From Bacteroidia bacterium (lineage in GTDB: Bacteria; Bacteroidota; Bacteroidia; 2-12-FULL-35-15), in assembly GCA_045805205.1 (NCBI GenBank), contig JBJMLR010000009.1:197658-261657 (forward strand): a stretch of DNA of 64,000 bases, read 5' to 3'. Positions 47,474 through 58,257 of the stretch are shown piece after piece (the first letter of the stretch is position 1; every line of letters starts with the position of its first letter). Below the pieces are notes generated by a model. That model was not told the origin of the DNA, searched no databases, and saw nothing but the letters and a program-made list of their open reading frames with translations. Position numbers and translations under genes: made by a program.

Positions 47474-48148
47474 CTACCGGTTTTGAGAGTTAAACTCGCC
47501 GATATTCAGGAACTTTTCCTTGTTTTTTTTGAGCCACTCCAGGTCCTTATCCCACCATTTGAACTTCATAAGGAATTCGATCTGCTCCTGGCTGAAGCGG
47601 TATTTGATCACTTTTGCCGGAACTCCGCCTACGATACTATACGGTTCCACATCTCTTGTCACCACTGCGCCGGATCCGATGATCGCGCCATCACCGATTT
47701 TTACGCCGTAACGTATGATGGCATTATTACCGATCCACACATCATTGCCGATCTCGGTGGAAGGAAATTCATCAAAAAGATTTTTCTCCACGATCACCAG
47801 TCCTGACGATTGTCCGAGTGTAGAGTAGAAGAGAGGATGCGTTGAAACAAACTCAGCCGAGGGATGAGCTCCCATGCCTGTGCTGACATTCGGTCCGATA
47901 CAGGTGAACTTTCCGACCTTTGTATTGTAGAGCTGGGAGTTCCTTGCAACGTAACTGAAATCGCCCAGCTCGGAGTCGCGAAGCCGTGCGAACTTATATA
48001 CCGTATTGTAATTATTGAATTTGCAATTGCTTACTTCTGCCATGTACTCAAGGTGCAGATGCTGACTGCGATACTTCATTTCCAGCGACCATTTCCGGAA
48101 CAGCCATCGTAACCAATATGTGCATGGATTCTGAAACAGTGCGCGCAT
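47474..48148 (-). CDS. hexapeptide-repeat (CatB/XAT-family) sugar O-acetyltransferase
   Basis: Left-handed beta-helix hexapeptides: [35 protein letters not shown]. Confidence 0.7.
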   Translation of the reverse strand: MRALFQNPCTYWLRWLFRKWSLEMKYRSQHLHLEYMAEVSNCKFNNYNTVYKFARLRDSELGDFSYVARNSQLYNTKVGKFTCIGPNVSTGMGAHPSAEFVSTHPLFYSTLGQSSGLVIVEKNLFDEFPSTEIGNDVWIGNNAIIRYGVKIGDGAIIGSGAVVTRDVEPYSIVGGVPAKVIKYRFSQEQIEFLMKFKWWDKDLEWLKKNKEKFLNIGEFNSQNR

Positions 48149-48150
48149 TG

Positions 48151-49041
48151 CTATAATTTTTTTCGTTCAAAAGCATCTACAAAGGAAACTTCGCTTGCAT
48201 TATAAACCTTGCAGTTCTGCGAGCGGGCATACTTTTCAAGTGCAATATAACCATAAAATGTTTTTGCCCAGGTGTGAAAGATCTCGTCCATTCTGAATGT
48301 TTCCGTAAGGTGTGCACCCTTTGTGAATGGAATATATTTTACGGTCCTCACATCATCATAAAAATGGATGTGCTTAAGATGTAGCTTATTATGCTCGTCC
48401 AGATAAAGGCTTTCATGCCACGTATGATCAGCGCCAACCAGGTCCACTTCTTCAAAACCCATATTGATCGCCAGGAAAGTAGCTGCCACAAGTACATTTT
48501 GCGCTTGCGGCATCGCCATATTACGCCGGTAGAACCAATGCGCAATCCCGGCGAATCCTTTAAAAACGGTATAGTTGAAATACCGGAGCTCGACATTGCT
48601 GTTCTTTTTACTTAAGGCTGAAAATCGTTCGCTGCCGGAGGCCATCTGCGGAACAAAAAGGATCATTTTCCAGGTGGTGCGTTTTTCGATCGCATCGATC
48701 ACATCCAGTGTTGCCTTTTCATTACTTTTCCAAAAGCTGTAATCGAGGATCACGTAGAAGGAAGGCTTTAATAGTTCATATTCCGGGGTCAGGGAAAAGG
48801 AATTCACACAAAATAACGGAAGCGACGAAAAAAGTCCGGAATGTTTTTCCAGGGAGGCTTTCAGCGAAGGGCCGTTGCCAAGCACAATACATCTTTTTTC
48901 CTTCGTTAGGGGAATACGGTTCCTCAGCTTTGAACGTGCAGGTATTTTCAACAGCGAGATGCCGGTGTTGACCAGGCGAGTGAAAAAGCCTCCGGCTTCC
49001 TTGTATGTGCTTTCCGCTGACATGCGTTGCAAATGTAGCAA
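48151..49041 (-). CDS. DUF115 / Maf-like (motility-accessory-factor-like) protein, candidate nonulosonic-acid (pseudaminic acid) transferase
   Basis: The [10 protein letters not shown] motif matches the conserved G.GPSL of DUF115/MptE-like/Maf proteins. It lies in the pse glycan locus. Confidence 0.5.
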   Translation of the reverse strand: MLHLQRMSAESTYKEAGGFFTRLVNTGISLLKIPARSKLRNRIPLTKEKRCIVLGNGPSLKASLEKHSGLFSSLPLFCVNSFSLTPEYELLKPSFYVILDYSFWKSNEKATLDVIDAIEKRTTWKMILFVPQMASGSERFSALSKKNSNVELRYFNYTVFKGFAGIAHWFYRRNMAMPQAQNVLVAATFLAINMGFEEVDLVGADHTWHESLYLDEHNKLHLKHIHFYDDVRTVKYIPFTKGAHLTETFRMDEIFHTWAKTFYGYIALEKYARSQNCKVYNASEVSFVDAFERKKL

Positions 49042-49123
49042 ATTATGTTTTTACCTGACTTGCCCGGACCGTCGCCTGTCGCTCGCCAAAATTCATTAAT
49101 ATTGTAATCTCACAGTATAGCAT

Positions 49124-49852
49124 ATGAACAGCCTCGAACGCATAACCAAAAAGATATTTCAGAATTTCGGTATCCTGATCCGGAAATACAATCCTGCTAC
49201 CAGCGAGGAGCTTCGCCGGATCCGCCTTTTCGGGCATTATGACATCGACCTCGTGTTCGATATCGGTGCCAATAAAGGACAATATGCCAAAGGGATCATG
49301 GATGCGGGCTATAAAGGCAGAATAGTTTCTTTTGAGCCATTGTCAGCAGTACATGCTATCATTGCTTCTGAAGCCAAGGGAAGCGCTACCTGGGAAGTGG
49401 CGCCGCGCTGTGCGATCGGTGCGAAAAAAGAGGAGATCGAGATTCATATTTCTGCGAATTCAGTGAGCAGCACTTTGCTGAATATGCTGGACTCGCACAT
49501 TGAAGGTGCCCCGGAATCAAAGATCATCGGGAAAGAAAAAGTACAGGTTTTACCGCTGGATGAGATCGGCGGCAGCTATATAAAAAATGCGAAGAACCTT
49601 TTTCTGAAGATCGATGTACAGGGCTTTGAGCAGGAAGTGCTGAAAGGAGCACAGCAAATGATCGCGAAAGCAAAAGGAATTGAAATGGAAATTTCCCTGG
49701 TTCCTTTGTATGAAGGACAGGATTGGCTGCTTCCGCAGATCCTCGCATACATGGAAGAAAAAGGATTCATCCTGACCAGCATCGTTCCTGCCTTCACCGA
49801 TCATAAAACCGGAAGGGTATTGCAGTGCAACGGGATCTTCTACCGGAAATAA
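49124..49852 (+). CDS. FkbM-family methyltransferase
   Basis: The DIDLVFDIGANKGQYAKG motif is typical of Methyltransf_21 (FkbM). Confidence 0.7.
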   Translation: MNSLERITKKIFQNFGILIRKYNPATSEELRRIRLFGHYDIDLVFDIGANKGQYAKGIMDAGYKGRIVSFEPLSAVHAIIASEAKGSATWEVAPRCAIGAKKEEIEIHISANSVSSTLLNMLDSHIEGAPESKIIGKEKVQVLPLDEIGGSYIKNAKNLFLKIDVQGFEQEVLKGAQQMIAKAKGIEMEISLVPLYEGQDWLLPQILAYMEEKGFILTSIVPAFTDHKTGRVLQCNGIFYRK

Positions 49853-50602
49853 ATGGACTTCAATCCGAAAATAAGCATCATCACCGTCGTTTACAACGCA
49901 CATGCGCTGATCGAAAGGACGGTAAGATCGGTGCTTTCACAAGACTGGAACAACATCGAATACATTATCATCGATGGCGGCTCGTCCGACGGAACACTTG
50001 AAATAGCAGAGAAATATTCTTCGCAGATCGCGCTGATCCATTCGGGTAAAGACAATGGAATTTATGATGCGATGAACAAAGGATTGAAGGATGCAACCGG
50101 CGACTATGTGCTTTTCCTGAATGCCGGTGATACTTTTTATTCGAAGGATGTGATCCGGAGAGTATTTGCAAACGGTGAAGCCGATGTGTATTATGGCAAC
50201 ACCGCCATTGTGGACAGCCAGGAGAATATCATTGGCGACAGGAGATTAACGCCGCCGGAAGTGCTTAACTGGAGAAGCCTGCGTTTTGGAATGTGTGTCT
50301 CTCACCAGTCGTTTATTGCGCGGCGAAAAATCTGTGAGCCCTACGATCTTGATTATAAGGTCAGCTCCGATATCGATTGGGTGATCCGCGTGCTGAAAAA
50401 ATCCGGGAGGATCCTCAATATACAGGGGTATATTTCCTGTTTCCTCGAAGGTGGTGTTTCAAACAGGCGGAGAAAAAAAGCGCTTGGGGAACGATTCAGG
50501 ATCATGAGCCGGCACTATGGCTTTTTCCGGACGTTAGTTAATCATATTTATATCTTGCTCCGTTATCCTTTTCATCGTTTCACAAGACGATCGATGACCT
50601 GA
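49853..50602 (+). CDS. family-2 glycosyltransferase
   Basis: ISIITVVYNAHALIERTVRSV...IIIDGGSSDGT (GT2 DxD). Confidence 0.8.
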   Translation: MDFNPKISIITVVYNAHALIERTVRSVLSQDWNNIEYIIIDGGSSDGTLEIAEKYSSQIALIHSGKDNGIYDAMNKGLKDATGDYVLFLNAGDTFYSKDVIRRVFANGEADVYYGNTAIVDSQENIIGDRRLTPPEVLNWRSLRFGMCVSHQSFIARRKICEPYDLDYKVSSDIDWVIRVLKKSGRILNIQGYISCFLEGGVSNRRRKKALGERFRIMSRHYGFFRTLVNHIYILLRYPFHRFTRRSMT

Positions 50603-50649
50603 GCAATTTTTGTCCGACAGTCTCGTTAATCCAGCACAAAAAAAGAATT

Positions 50650-52113
50650 TTGAATACGATCAGGAAACAGGGAATCAGCAATGCCATCATCATATACCTT
50701 GGTGCGGTGATCGGCTTTGTCAGCCTGATGTTCATTCAGCCGCATCTGCTGCAGGCAAAAGAGCTCGGACTTACCCGGATCCTCGTTGCTGCCGCCAGCC
50801 TTATTGCGACGGTACTTCCGCTGGGGATCAGCAGCGTCACCACCCGTTTCTTTCCTTATTTCCGCAACGAGGAAAAAAAGCATTTCGGATATTTCGGCTT
50901 TATGCTGCTCGTGGTGCTTGCGGGGACACTGCTCTCGGGGATCATTGTATATGTTTTTAAAAAGGCGATCATTGCGGAGTACATCGAACAGTCGCCGCTT
51001 TTTGTGGATTACTATGATCTTTTATTGCCGCTTGCAATGGTAATGGGGATCAACATCGCCTTGAATTCTTATTCCGCTTCTCTTTTCCGTACAACGCTGG
51101 TCACCTTTCTCGAAAGTATTTATTCCCGCCTTGCATTCGTCCTGCTCATCGTCCTTTATTATTTCCACTACCTGACGTTGAGCCAGTTCATCGGCTTTTT
51201 TGTTTTCAGTTATTTTATCCAGGCGCTTTGGCTGTGCTTGTATGTTTTCAGTATCGATAAACCTTCGATGATCATTGACCGGGAACAATTCCGGAAAGTG
51301 GGACTGAGCCGCTTGTTCGGCTATGGCTTGCTGCTTACACTCACGAATATCTCATCCTTGAGCATGAAATATTTTGATACCGTGCTGATCGGACATTACC
51401 TCAACCTGGAGGCAGTCGGTGTTTTTGCGGTAGGTGCATACATTTCGGTGATCATCGAGATCCCTTTGAATTCACTTGAGAAGATCTCCCATGCAAAAGT
51501 GTCGCAGGCCTGGGCAAACAATGATACGGAAAGCATTAAAGCTATTTATTACCAGTCGGTAAAATACCTGATGCTGATCGGCGGCTTGCTGGTGGTAGGA
51601 ATTATTACTAATGTGAATGAGCTGTTCATGCTGCTTCCTGAAAGTTATGCTCCTGCGATACCGGTTACGGTGATCTCCTGCATCGCGGCCTTTCTGAATG
51701 TTGCAACGGGTGTAAATACATCGATCATTTACAGCTCTTCGAAATACCTGTATGGGACCATTTTGCTGGCAATATTGCTGGTGCTTGCTGTCGGACTGAA
51801 TATGTGGCTGATCCCTCTGTATGGGATCATGGGAGCAGCGATTGCAACAGGATTGCTGGCGATCGTTTACAATGCAACGAAATACATTATTATCCTGGTT
51901 CTTTTTAAAATGCAGCCCTATGATCTGTCGAGCTTAAAGATCATTTTTGTGATCGCGGTTTCTTTTCTCACGGCCTGGCTGATGCCTTTGTTCAAAGATC
52001 CTGTTGTTACGATGGCTTGCCGGGCGGCGGCGACAACGGCAGTGTATTGCGGATTGGCTTATTTCCTTAAGATCGCGCCGGAGCTGCACAAATACATTCC
52101 GGGAAATAAATAG
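50650..52113 (+). CDS. polysaccharide biosynthesis protein / Wzx-like flippase (paralog of 36354..37838)
   Basis: 487 aa. N-terminus NAIIIYLGAVIGFVSLMFIQPHLL..RILVAAASLIATVLPLGISSVTTRFFPYF is near-colinear with the other flippase. Confidence 0.7.
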   Translation: MNTIRKQGISNAIIIYLGAVIGFVSLMFIQPHLLQAKELGLTRILVAAASLIATVLPLGISSVTTRFFPYFRNEEKKHFGYFGFMLLVVLAGTLLSGIIVYVFKKAIIAEYIEQSPLFVDYYDLLLPLAMVMGINIALNSYSASLFRTTLVTFLESIYSRLAFVLLIVLYYFHYLTLSQFIGFFVFSYFIQALWLCLYVFSIDKPSMIIDREQFRKVGLSRLFGYGLLLTLTNISSLSMKYFDTVLIGHYLNLEAVGVFAVGAYISVIIEIPLNSLEKISHAKVSQAWANNDTESIKAIYYQSVKYLMLIGGLLVVGIITNVNELFMLLPESYAPAIPVTVISCIAAFLNVATGVNTSIIYSSSKYLYGTILLAILLVLAVGLNMWLIPLYGIMGAAIATGLLAIVYNATKYIIILVLFKMQPYDLSSLKIIFVIAVSFLTAWLMPLFKDPVVTMACRAAATTAVYCGLAYFLKIAPELHKYIPGNK

Positions 52114-52265
52114 AAAACAGTGTGAGTTTTTTTAGCGGTTTTGGAAAGAGAAACAGCTCTTGCTTTAAGCTTCGATCATTATTTTTCACCACACTTCGGC
52201 CTTCCGTCAGGGTGCCGCAGAATTCCCCTGTGAAACTCTGTGTCCTCTGATTCTCCGTGGTTTTT

Positions 52266-53024
52266 TTATAGTTTTTTCAGCAGCTCTTCGAGATCCTTTT
52301 TTGCTTTGAAATCATCTTCCGTCACCGGAGTGATCTCCAGTGCTTTTTGCGTCCAAAGTTTTGCTTCCACGCTTTTTCCCATTTCATAATAGGTTTCCGC
52401 TAATTCGTACTGGTGGTTCATGTATTTCGGCTCGATGCTGATGGCCGTCATAAACGCCTTCACTGCATCGTCGTAAGAGCCTCCCGGAGGAACACCCCCG
52501 AAAAATGAATTGATCATTGCTTTCTCAAAGGCATTGAAGCCGGCAATTGTGCGGTGCCATCTCCCAAGGATATGATAAGCTCCGGCCAGCTTTGGATTCA
52601 GCGCAATCGCTCTGTCAACCTGGTATTTGATCAGCTTCGCATTCGCGATCTTTTGTTTCGAGCTTGCATTTTCATTGATGCGCCCCAGCGCCATTGCATA
52701 CACATAATGCGCATCGGCGGTTGCTTCATTCAGCTTCAGCGCCTTTTTTGCAAGGTATTCCGCAGTGCGGTAATTCTTCATCTTTTCATCGTCCGATGGA
52801 ATGTAGTAGAACGCATACTTGGAATAGCAATAGCTCGCGCTGCAGAGGTAATTTACATTGTTCGAATCCGATTTTAGCAAGGCTTGGAAAAGCGGGAATG
52901 CTTCTTTGTATTTGAATTCCGTTCTCAGCTTGTAAGCTTTGGCATACTGTTCATCTGCGGTTTGAGCAGTTCCTGCATTGCCTAACGCGATCAGGAGGAA
53001 TAATGTAAAAGTGATTCTCTTCAT
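52266..53024 (-). CDS. hypothetical secreted TPR-like protein
   Basis: Signal peptide. Helical repeats rich in Y/A/K. No catalytic motif. Confidence 0.4.
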   Translation of the reverse strand: MKRITFTLFLLIALGNAGTAQTADEQYAKAYKLRTEFKYKEAFPLFQALLKSDSNNVNYLCSASYCYSKYAFYYIPSDDEKMKNYRTAEYLAKKALKLNEATADAHYVYAMALGRINENASSKQKIANAKLIKYQVDRAIALNPKLAGAYHILGRWHRTIAGFNAFEKAMINSFFGGVPPGGSYDDAVKAFMTAISIEPKYMNHQYELAETYYEMGKSVEAKLWTQKALEITPVTEDDFKAKKDLEELLKKL

Positions 53025-53036
53025 CTTATTTCTTTA

Positions 53037-56000
53037 TTAGAATGCTCTTTCAACTCCGATCACAAAACGATACTGGATATAATCCTTGTCTGTCGCCGGA
53101 ATTTTGTTCAGGAAAAACGGCATGTCGAACCGGATGGTGAGCGGGCTGACCGTTTGCAATGCTCCGAATTTTTTGATCGTTAATGCAGCTCCCACTCCGG
53201 CATCTGCACGCAGGTCCGACATTTTCAATACGGGATCTGTATTTTTGCTGTAATTGATCACTCCGGCATCTCCGAACAGGTAAGTAGTGAGCTTGAAAGT
53301 TTTGGTCAGCCAGTTCTGGCGTTTCACTTTAACGATGCCGCTGAACTCCAGCTCCGCATTCACTGCGGCCCCCGTGGAACCCTTGTAGGTGTATACAAGC
53401 GTTCCGTCGCTCTGCAGCTGCGGCGCAAGATATCCTGAGTAACCGCGGAGATTCAGTCCTCCGCCATAATGGAATATATTGGTCGTTGCACCGATCGTTG
53501 CCCAGGCAGGATCGAAGAAGCCTTGCGAACGGGTAAACTTGTTGTCCATCATCTCTTCCGGGTTAGCGCCGGCGAGGAACAAAGCAGATTCGCTGGGGCC
53601 GTTGGTGCCGGTTCCGTACTGACCGAAAACGCGCGTGTTCAGCATCAGCCGCCAGATCTTTGTGCGGTTGATCATCGTTAATTTGACAAGCTGGTAATCA
53701 TAGTCGCTCATAACTGCGGAGGTGCGCATGCCCAAATTGATGCTCCCGGTTCCCGCAGTATAATTATAAGAATGATCGATCCCGACATTCAGTGTATTGT
53801 TGAGTTCATTCGGGATCCACTCTTTCGGAAGCAATAGGTAAGGAAGGTCATTCAATCCTTTCCTGTACATGGATTTGAAGTACATGTATACCTTATTCTT
53901 TCCGCGGATATCTTTCCTGTCGAAACCAACGGTATAACCGTTCAATCCGTCCAGTGATTTTGCCGACAGGTAAAAGGAGGATCCTTTCATGAATTTATCG
54001 GTTGCGGTGCTGTAGCTGAACCGGTAGCTGACATTATCATAAAGATCTCCTGCTTTTTTTTCTGTAAGCGTATCAAGATAATTTTGTCCTTTTCCGAAAT
54101 TGAACCAGACCGTTGCATCGAAAATATGCTTGTAGGCCATGTAATTTCCGTTCAGGTTAAGCCCGAGTTTGACACCGTCGTAGCCGTTGTACCAGAGATC
54201 GGGCCGTGCATACAATTCATAGCGCGTCCAGTCGGAAGGGTTATAGATCTTCGAGTCAAAGCGGTAGCGCACAGGAAATTTCTGATTGTTGTTCAGCATG
54301 TTCACGTCCGCCATGCGGGTGCTTGGATCGATCACCACGTTTGCAACACCTCCCGGAACTGTTACTTCAGCGGTATAGGTCTTTTTAATATTGTCCCAGC
54401 CGATCCATCTCGGCAGCACTTTCGATTTCGTATCCTTTACAAACCAGGTATTCGGAATGTGGTAGTAGTAGATGCTGTCGCTTTTGCTGATCACCGCAAA
54501 ATCCACGGGCATCTGCATTCCTTTACGCTTGAATGTGATCTCATACTGATCTTTCTCTTTTCCCTTTTTTACTGACTTCACCGCATAATCGATTGTCTTC
54601 GATGTTTCTATCCATTCATCAAAAAACCAGTTCAGGTCCACGTGTGTGTAATTGATGATCGAGGCCCGGAAGTCTTCCACATAAGGATGAGCGAATTTCC
54701 ACTGATCGAAATAATGCGCAAGTGCAGCTTTGAATAAAGAATCTCCGAGAACGTACTGGAGATTGTACATCATCGTGGCGGTCTTCATATATACCTGTCC
54801 GTAGCCGCCTCCATGGCGGATCGCACCATTATAGCCATCGGAGTGCAGCGCCATGAATGTTTCCACATCGCGGGCAGCGGAATTCATGTAGCCGTTATAC
54901 ACTTCGCTGTTGCGGATATAATCCGGCTCGGTGAAATTCCTTACGTATTTCGATTTCGGCAGATATGCAATGCGCTGTTTGCCATCGATCCGCTCATAAG
55001 TAGAGCTGGTCACGAATTGTGTGAATCCTTCATCCAGCATCGGGCGGTAGGTTTCATTGGAGCCGACCATTCCGAAGAACCAGTTATGACTGATCTCGTG
55101 GACAAAAAGATCGCGGTAATCGGGATCGAATCCACCGCATAATGTCAGCATAGGATATTCCATTCCATCCTGTGCATCCGCAACTACCATTTTGCTGTAA
55201 GCGTATCTTCCGATGTCCTCGGAGTTCACGCGGATGATCTTGGCAGTATATTCGGCGGCATTTTGCCATCCGATGGCATGCGGTTCCTGGACCAGCGCTA
55301 CGCAGCGAACGCCGTTCCATTCCGTTTCACCGATGCGATAGGTCGGGTCGGTGGTCAGGGCAAAATCGTGAACGTTCTCCGCATGAAACATCCATGTTTT
55401 AGTGGTACCATTGGGTTCGATAACTACCGAGGGTTTTTCATTCCATGGCTTTTTTGCAAAATTCTTTATATCAAGTCTGGCCCTGAGCTCTGCAGGCAGA
55501 ACTTCATCACGGTTGATCAGATCGCCGGTCGCATCCAGGACATAATTATTCGGAAGAGAAAAAGCAACATCGAATGTTCCGTAATCGCCATAGAACTCAT
55601 GATCCAGGTGCTGATCGGTATCCCAGCCGGCTTTACGGTCGTAAACGGAAATGCGGGGATACCAGTGAACAACATCGTAATGTTTATAGCCGAATGCGTT
55701 GAACATTTTCATCCGGTTCCGGATCGAGCTGTTATCAAAATATGTTTTGAAATTTATTTTGAAAGTGAGATTTTCTCCCGGCTTAAGCGGCGCATTAAGG
55801 AAAACTTTCAGGATCGTGTTATCCAGCTCTGTCTTCAGCTCCTGTCCGTTTACAGTGATCTTTGAAACCACTGTTCCCAATCCCTGCTGCTGGTATTTTC
55901 CGAAGGTGACTTTCAGGTCATTGTTTTTGTACAGGTCCTCCAGGTAGGAGCCTTTGGTTTGAGCATTATTGTAGAGATGGAAATAAACAAAATTCAGCTC

Positions 56001-56231
56001 GTCGGGTGAATTATTATAGTAAGTAAGCTGTTCCGTTCCATCAATGATGTCAGTTTTATCATCGAGTGCCGCATTAATGGTATAATGCACATCCTGCTGC
56101 CAGTAACCCTCGTAGGGCTTTCGGTTTTTCCAGTAATAGATATTGGTGGCGCTCTGAAAATTACTTTCAGGGAACTGAGCGAATAACTGGGAACAATATA
56201 AAAGTGTGAATGCGATTAACAGCTTCTTCAT
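53037..56231 (-). CDS. M1-family zinc metallopeptidase (aminopeptidase N-like), secreted
   Basis: HEISHNWFFG (HExxH) with a downstream LDEGF glutamate. The real start is likely the internal MKKLLIAFTLLYCSQLFAQ signal peptide. The ORF-track start at 56441 adds about 70 codons that are not signal-like. Confidence 0.75.
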   Translation of the reverse strand: MKKLLIAFTLLYCSQLFAQFPESNFQSATNIYYWKNRKPYEGYWQQDVHYTINAALDDKTDIIDGTEQLTYYNNSPDELNFVYFHLYNNAQTKGSYLEDLYKNNDLKVTFGKYQQQGLGTVVSKITVNGQELKTELDNTILKVFLNAPLKPGENLTFKINFKTYFDNSSIRNRMKMFNAFGYKHYDVVHWYPRISVYDRKAGWDTDQHLDHEFYGDYGTFDVAFSLPNNYVLDATGDLINRDEVLPAELRARLDIKNFAKKPWNEKPSVVIEPNGTTKTWMFHAENVHDFALTTDPTYRIGETEWNGVRCVALVQEPHAIGWQNAAEYTAKIIRVNSEDIGRYAYSKMVVADAQDGMEYPMLTLCGGFDPDYRDLFVHEISHNWFFGMVGSNETYRPMLDEGFTQFVTSSTYERIDGKQRIAYLPKSKYVRNFTEPDYIRNSEVYNGYMNSAARDVETFMALHSDGYNGAIRHGGGYGQVYMKTATMMYNLQYVLGDSLFKAALAHYFDQWKFAHPYVEDFRASIINYTHVDLNWFFDEWIETSKTIDYAVKSVKKGKEKDQYEITFKRKGMQMPVDFAVISKSDSIYYYHIPNTWFVKDTKSKVLPRWIGWDNIKKTYTAEVTVPGGVANVVIDPSTRMADVNMLNNNQKFPVRYRFDSKIYNPSDWTRYELYARPDLWYNGYDGVKLGLNLNGNYMAYKHIFDATVWFNFGKGQNYLDTLTEKKAGDLYDNVSYRFSYSTATDKFMKGSSFYLSAKSLDGLNGYTVGFDRKDIRGKNKVYMYFKSMYRKGLNDLPYLLLPKEWIPNELNNTLNVGIDHSYNYTAGTGSINLGMRTSAVMSDYDYQLVKLTMINRTKIWRLMLNTRVFGQYGTGTNGPSESALFLAGANPEEMMDNKFTRSQGFFDPAWATIGATTNIFHYGGGLNLRGYSGYLAPQLQSDGTLVYTYKGSTGAAVNAELEFSGIVKVKRQNWLTKTFKLTTYLFGDAGVINYSKNTDPVLKMSDLRADAGVGAALTIKKFGALQTVSPLTIRFDMPFFLNKIPATDKDYIQYRFVIGVERAF

Positions 56232-56350
56232 AGGATCGGATATGAATTCTACACGTAAATATAGAAGATTTTTGGATAAGAGAAGTAGAATACCGCCTTC
56301 TGCAATGGCATGTGTTTTTTCTGCATCCTCCTGGAAACAAAAGAGATCAA

Positions 56351-57928
56351 ATGAAAAAAGGACTACTATCTGCTGCTGCATGTTTGCTGACGATGATCGG
56401 GAATGCGCAGACCGTTCAATGGGCAAAAAATTATCCGGCACTTGGGGAATTCACCTGGCCGAAATACCTGGAAACCGACGGAAGCAATGAGCTGGTATTT
56501 GGCGAGTATTTTACAGCTTATTCGAGCTCGGGTCTATTTCTTCAGAAGATGGACGGCGGAGGAACGGTGCTTTGGAGTAAAACAATGAACTCGCCGAACG
56601 CACAGGTAGCGGGTTGGGCGCCTCCAACTGTTGGCGGATTGGCGGTAAATGCCTCCGGAAATATTTATATAGGGGGAAATTTTGGTGATACCCTCGATGT
56701 GGAAGGAACTTCTTACCCGATCAACGGATCAGAAAATATTTTCCTTGCAAAGTATGCCAGTGACGGCTCCATGAGCTGGATCCAAACGTATGACCATGCC
56801 AGGCTAAGCAGCATCTTTTCAGATGGTACGAATACTTATTTTTTGGTCACATTCACGGGGTCGGTCAATATCTTCGGACAATCATATACGTCGGTAGGCA
56901 GCTCTGATCTTTTGATCCTTGAGTTGGGAGCGGCAGACAACCTGATGTGGTCCAAACAGCTTCATGGAAAGATAAGCGGGGTCAAATTCGTAAAAGCGGC
57001 ATCGGGAAATATGTTCCTTGCCGGATACTTTTCGGATGAGGCGCTTAGTTACGATTCCTATTCATATGCCTGGTCGGGCGGCTTCAATGACTATTTCCTG
57101 CTGAAGATGGATCCCGCGGGAAATCAGCTTTATTATAATCTTCTTTGGGCGAGCCAGCAGCAGAGCGCGCATGACATGGTGGTCACGGCCGATGAAAAAG
57201 TTTTTGTCGGCGGCCAAAGCTGCTGGACCGACGGATGTATGGGGATCATTAAAACCTTTGATGCTGCCGGGAGCTTATTGGCAGACCAGGGTTTTTCGGG
57301 TAGCACCTGCTCTTACGGCTGTGGATTTGATGCGAATGATCTTGTGGTCACGGATGCCTCCGGTGTCTGGATGATGGGAGCGGAGCAGAATACATTGAAC
57401 TATGGAATCCCGGAAGATGACTGGCATAACATCAGTCTCAGTAAATTTGATTTCTCAGGGAATATTATTTCGAAGGATACATTCCGGGTAGATGCTGCTG
57501 ATGGGATCGAAGTTTCAAAAGGGATAGCTGCTGACAATTCAGGAGCTCTTTATATGACAGCGCCATTCCGGGGAACAGCGGCATTCGGGTCCTATACGCT
57601 CACGAACTCCGGAACTGATCAGGAATTCATTCTCATAAAGATGGGGTTCCTGGCCACTGCAGTGGATGACAAAGAGGATCCTTATCTGGTGAAGATCTCG
57701 CCTAATCCTTCTTCCGGCCGGTTTGAACTGGACTATCGAAATAATGGAAAAAGCACTTATCAGCTGAAGGTCCGGGATGTCCTGGGACAATTGGTGCTGG
57801 ATGAACAAAAGGAGATCAGCGGATCTGACCGGCCGGTGATCGATCTGTCCGGACAACCGAAGGGAATTTACTTTCTGGAAATCGGGGGTGGATCGGAAAG
57901 AAAAGTTGAAAAGCTGATTCTGAATTGA
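56351..57928 (+). CDS. SBBP-type beta-propeller repeat protein with a T9SS C-terminal sorting domain (paralog of 12240..13883)
   Basis: Start chosen at MKKGLLSAAACLL. Repeated SGN(I/M)(Y/F)..G.F motifs. C-terminus ISPNPSSGRFEL...GIYFLEIGG is a T9SS CTD. Confidence 0.6.
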   Translation: MKKGLLSAAACLLTMIGNAQTVQWAKNYPALGEFTWPKYLETDGSNELVFGEYFTAYSSSGLFLQKMDGGGTVLWSKTMNSPNAQVAGWAPPTVGGLAVNASGNIYIGGNFGDTLDVEGTSYPINGSENIFLAKYASDGSMSWIQTYDHARLSSIFSDGTNTYFLVTFTGSVNIFGQSYTSVGSSDLLILELGAADNLMWSKQLHGKISGVKFVKAASGNMFLAGYFSDEALSYDSYSYAWSGGFNDYFLLKMDPAGNQLYYNLLWASQQQSAHDMVVTADEKVFVGGQSCWTDGCMGIIKTFDAAGSLLADQGFSGSTCSYGCGFDANDLVVTDASGVWMMGAEQNTLNYGIPEDDWHNISLSKFDFSGNIISKDTFRVDAADGIEVSKGIAADNSGALYMTAPFRGTAAFGSYTLTNSGTDQEFILIKMGFLATAVDDKEDPYLVKISPNPSSGRFELDYRNNGKSTYQLKVRDVLGQLVLDEQKEISGSDRPVIDLSGQPKGIYFLEIGGGSERKVEKLILN

Positions 57929-58257
57929 GTGATCTTATCAATTCATAAAATAGTGAAGGAAACGAAGCATCTCATTCTTCCCGACAGTTCCTTCCGGAGA
58001 TGCCTCGTTCCTCGCATTACTTTTCAAAGAATATTTTCAAATCCGGGGCGGTTTTCCTATTTTTGAATAACCATGGCGTGGGTATTTTCTGATCTGAAAA
58101 CAGCACCCCGGACTGAAAATATAAAGCCATATTTGATCACAAACTGCAAGGTTTAAACTTGCTATCGCGGGTAACAAGTCCACGACAAAAATATTCTTTG
58201 GCTTTCGCTTGCAAATATGCAAATATATTTAGTATATTTGTGCTAAATATATTAGCA

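Noticed and set aside
54084-54575. A 163-aa plus-strand ORF, together with 54813..55142 and 55263..55865.
   Set aside because: They are antisense within the M1 peptidase gene.
56231-56441. A 70-codon N-terminal extension of the M1 peptidase ORF.
   Set aside because: The extension lacks a signal peptide, whereas the internal MKKLLIAFTLLYCSQLFAQ is a textbook signal. The start was therefore moved to 56231.
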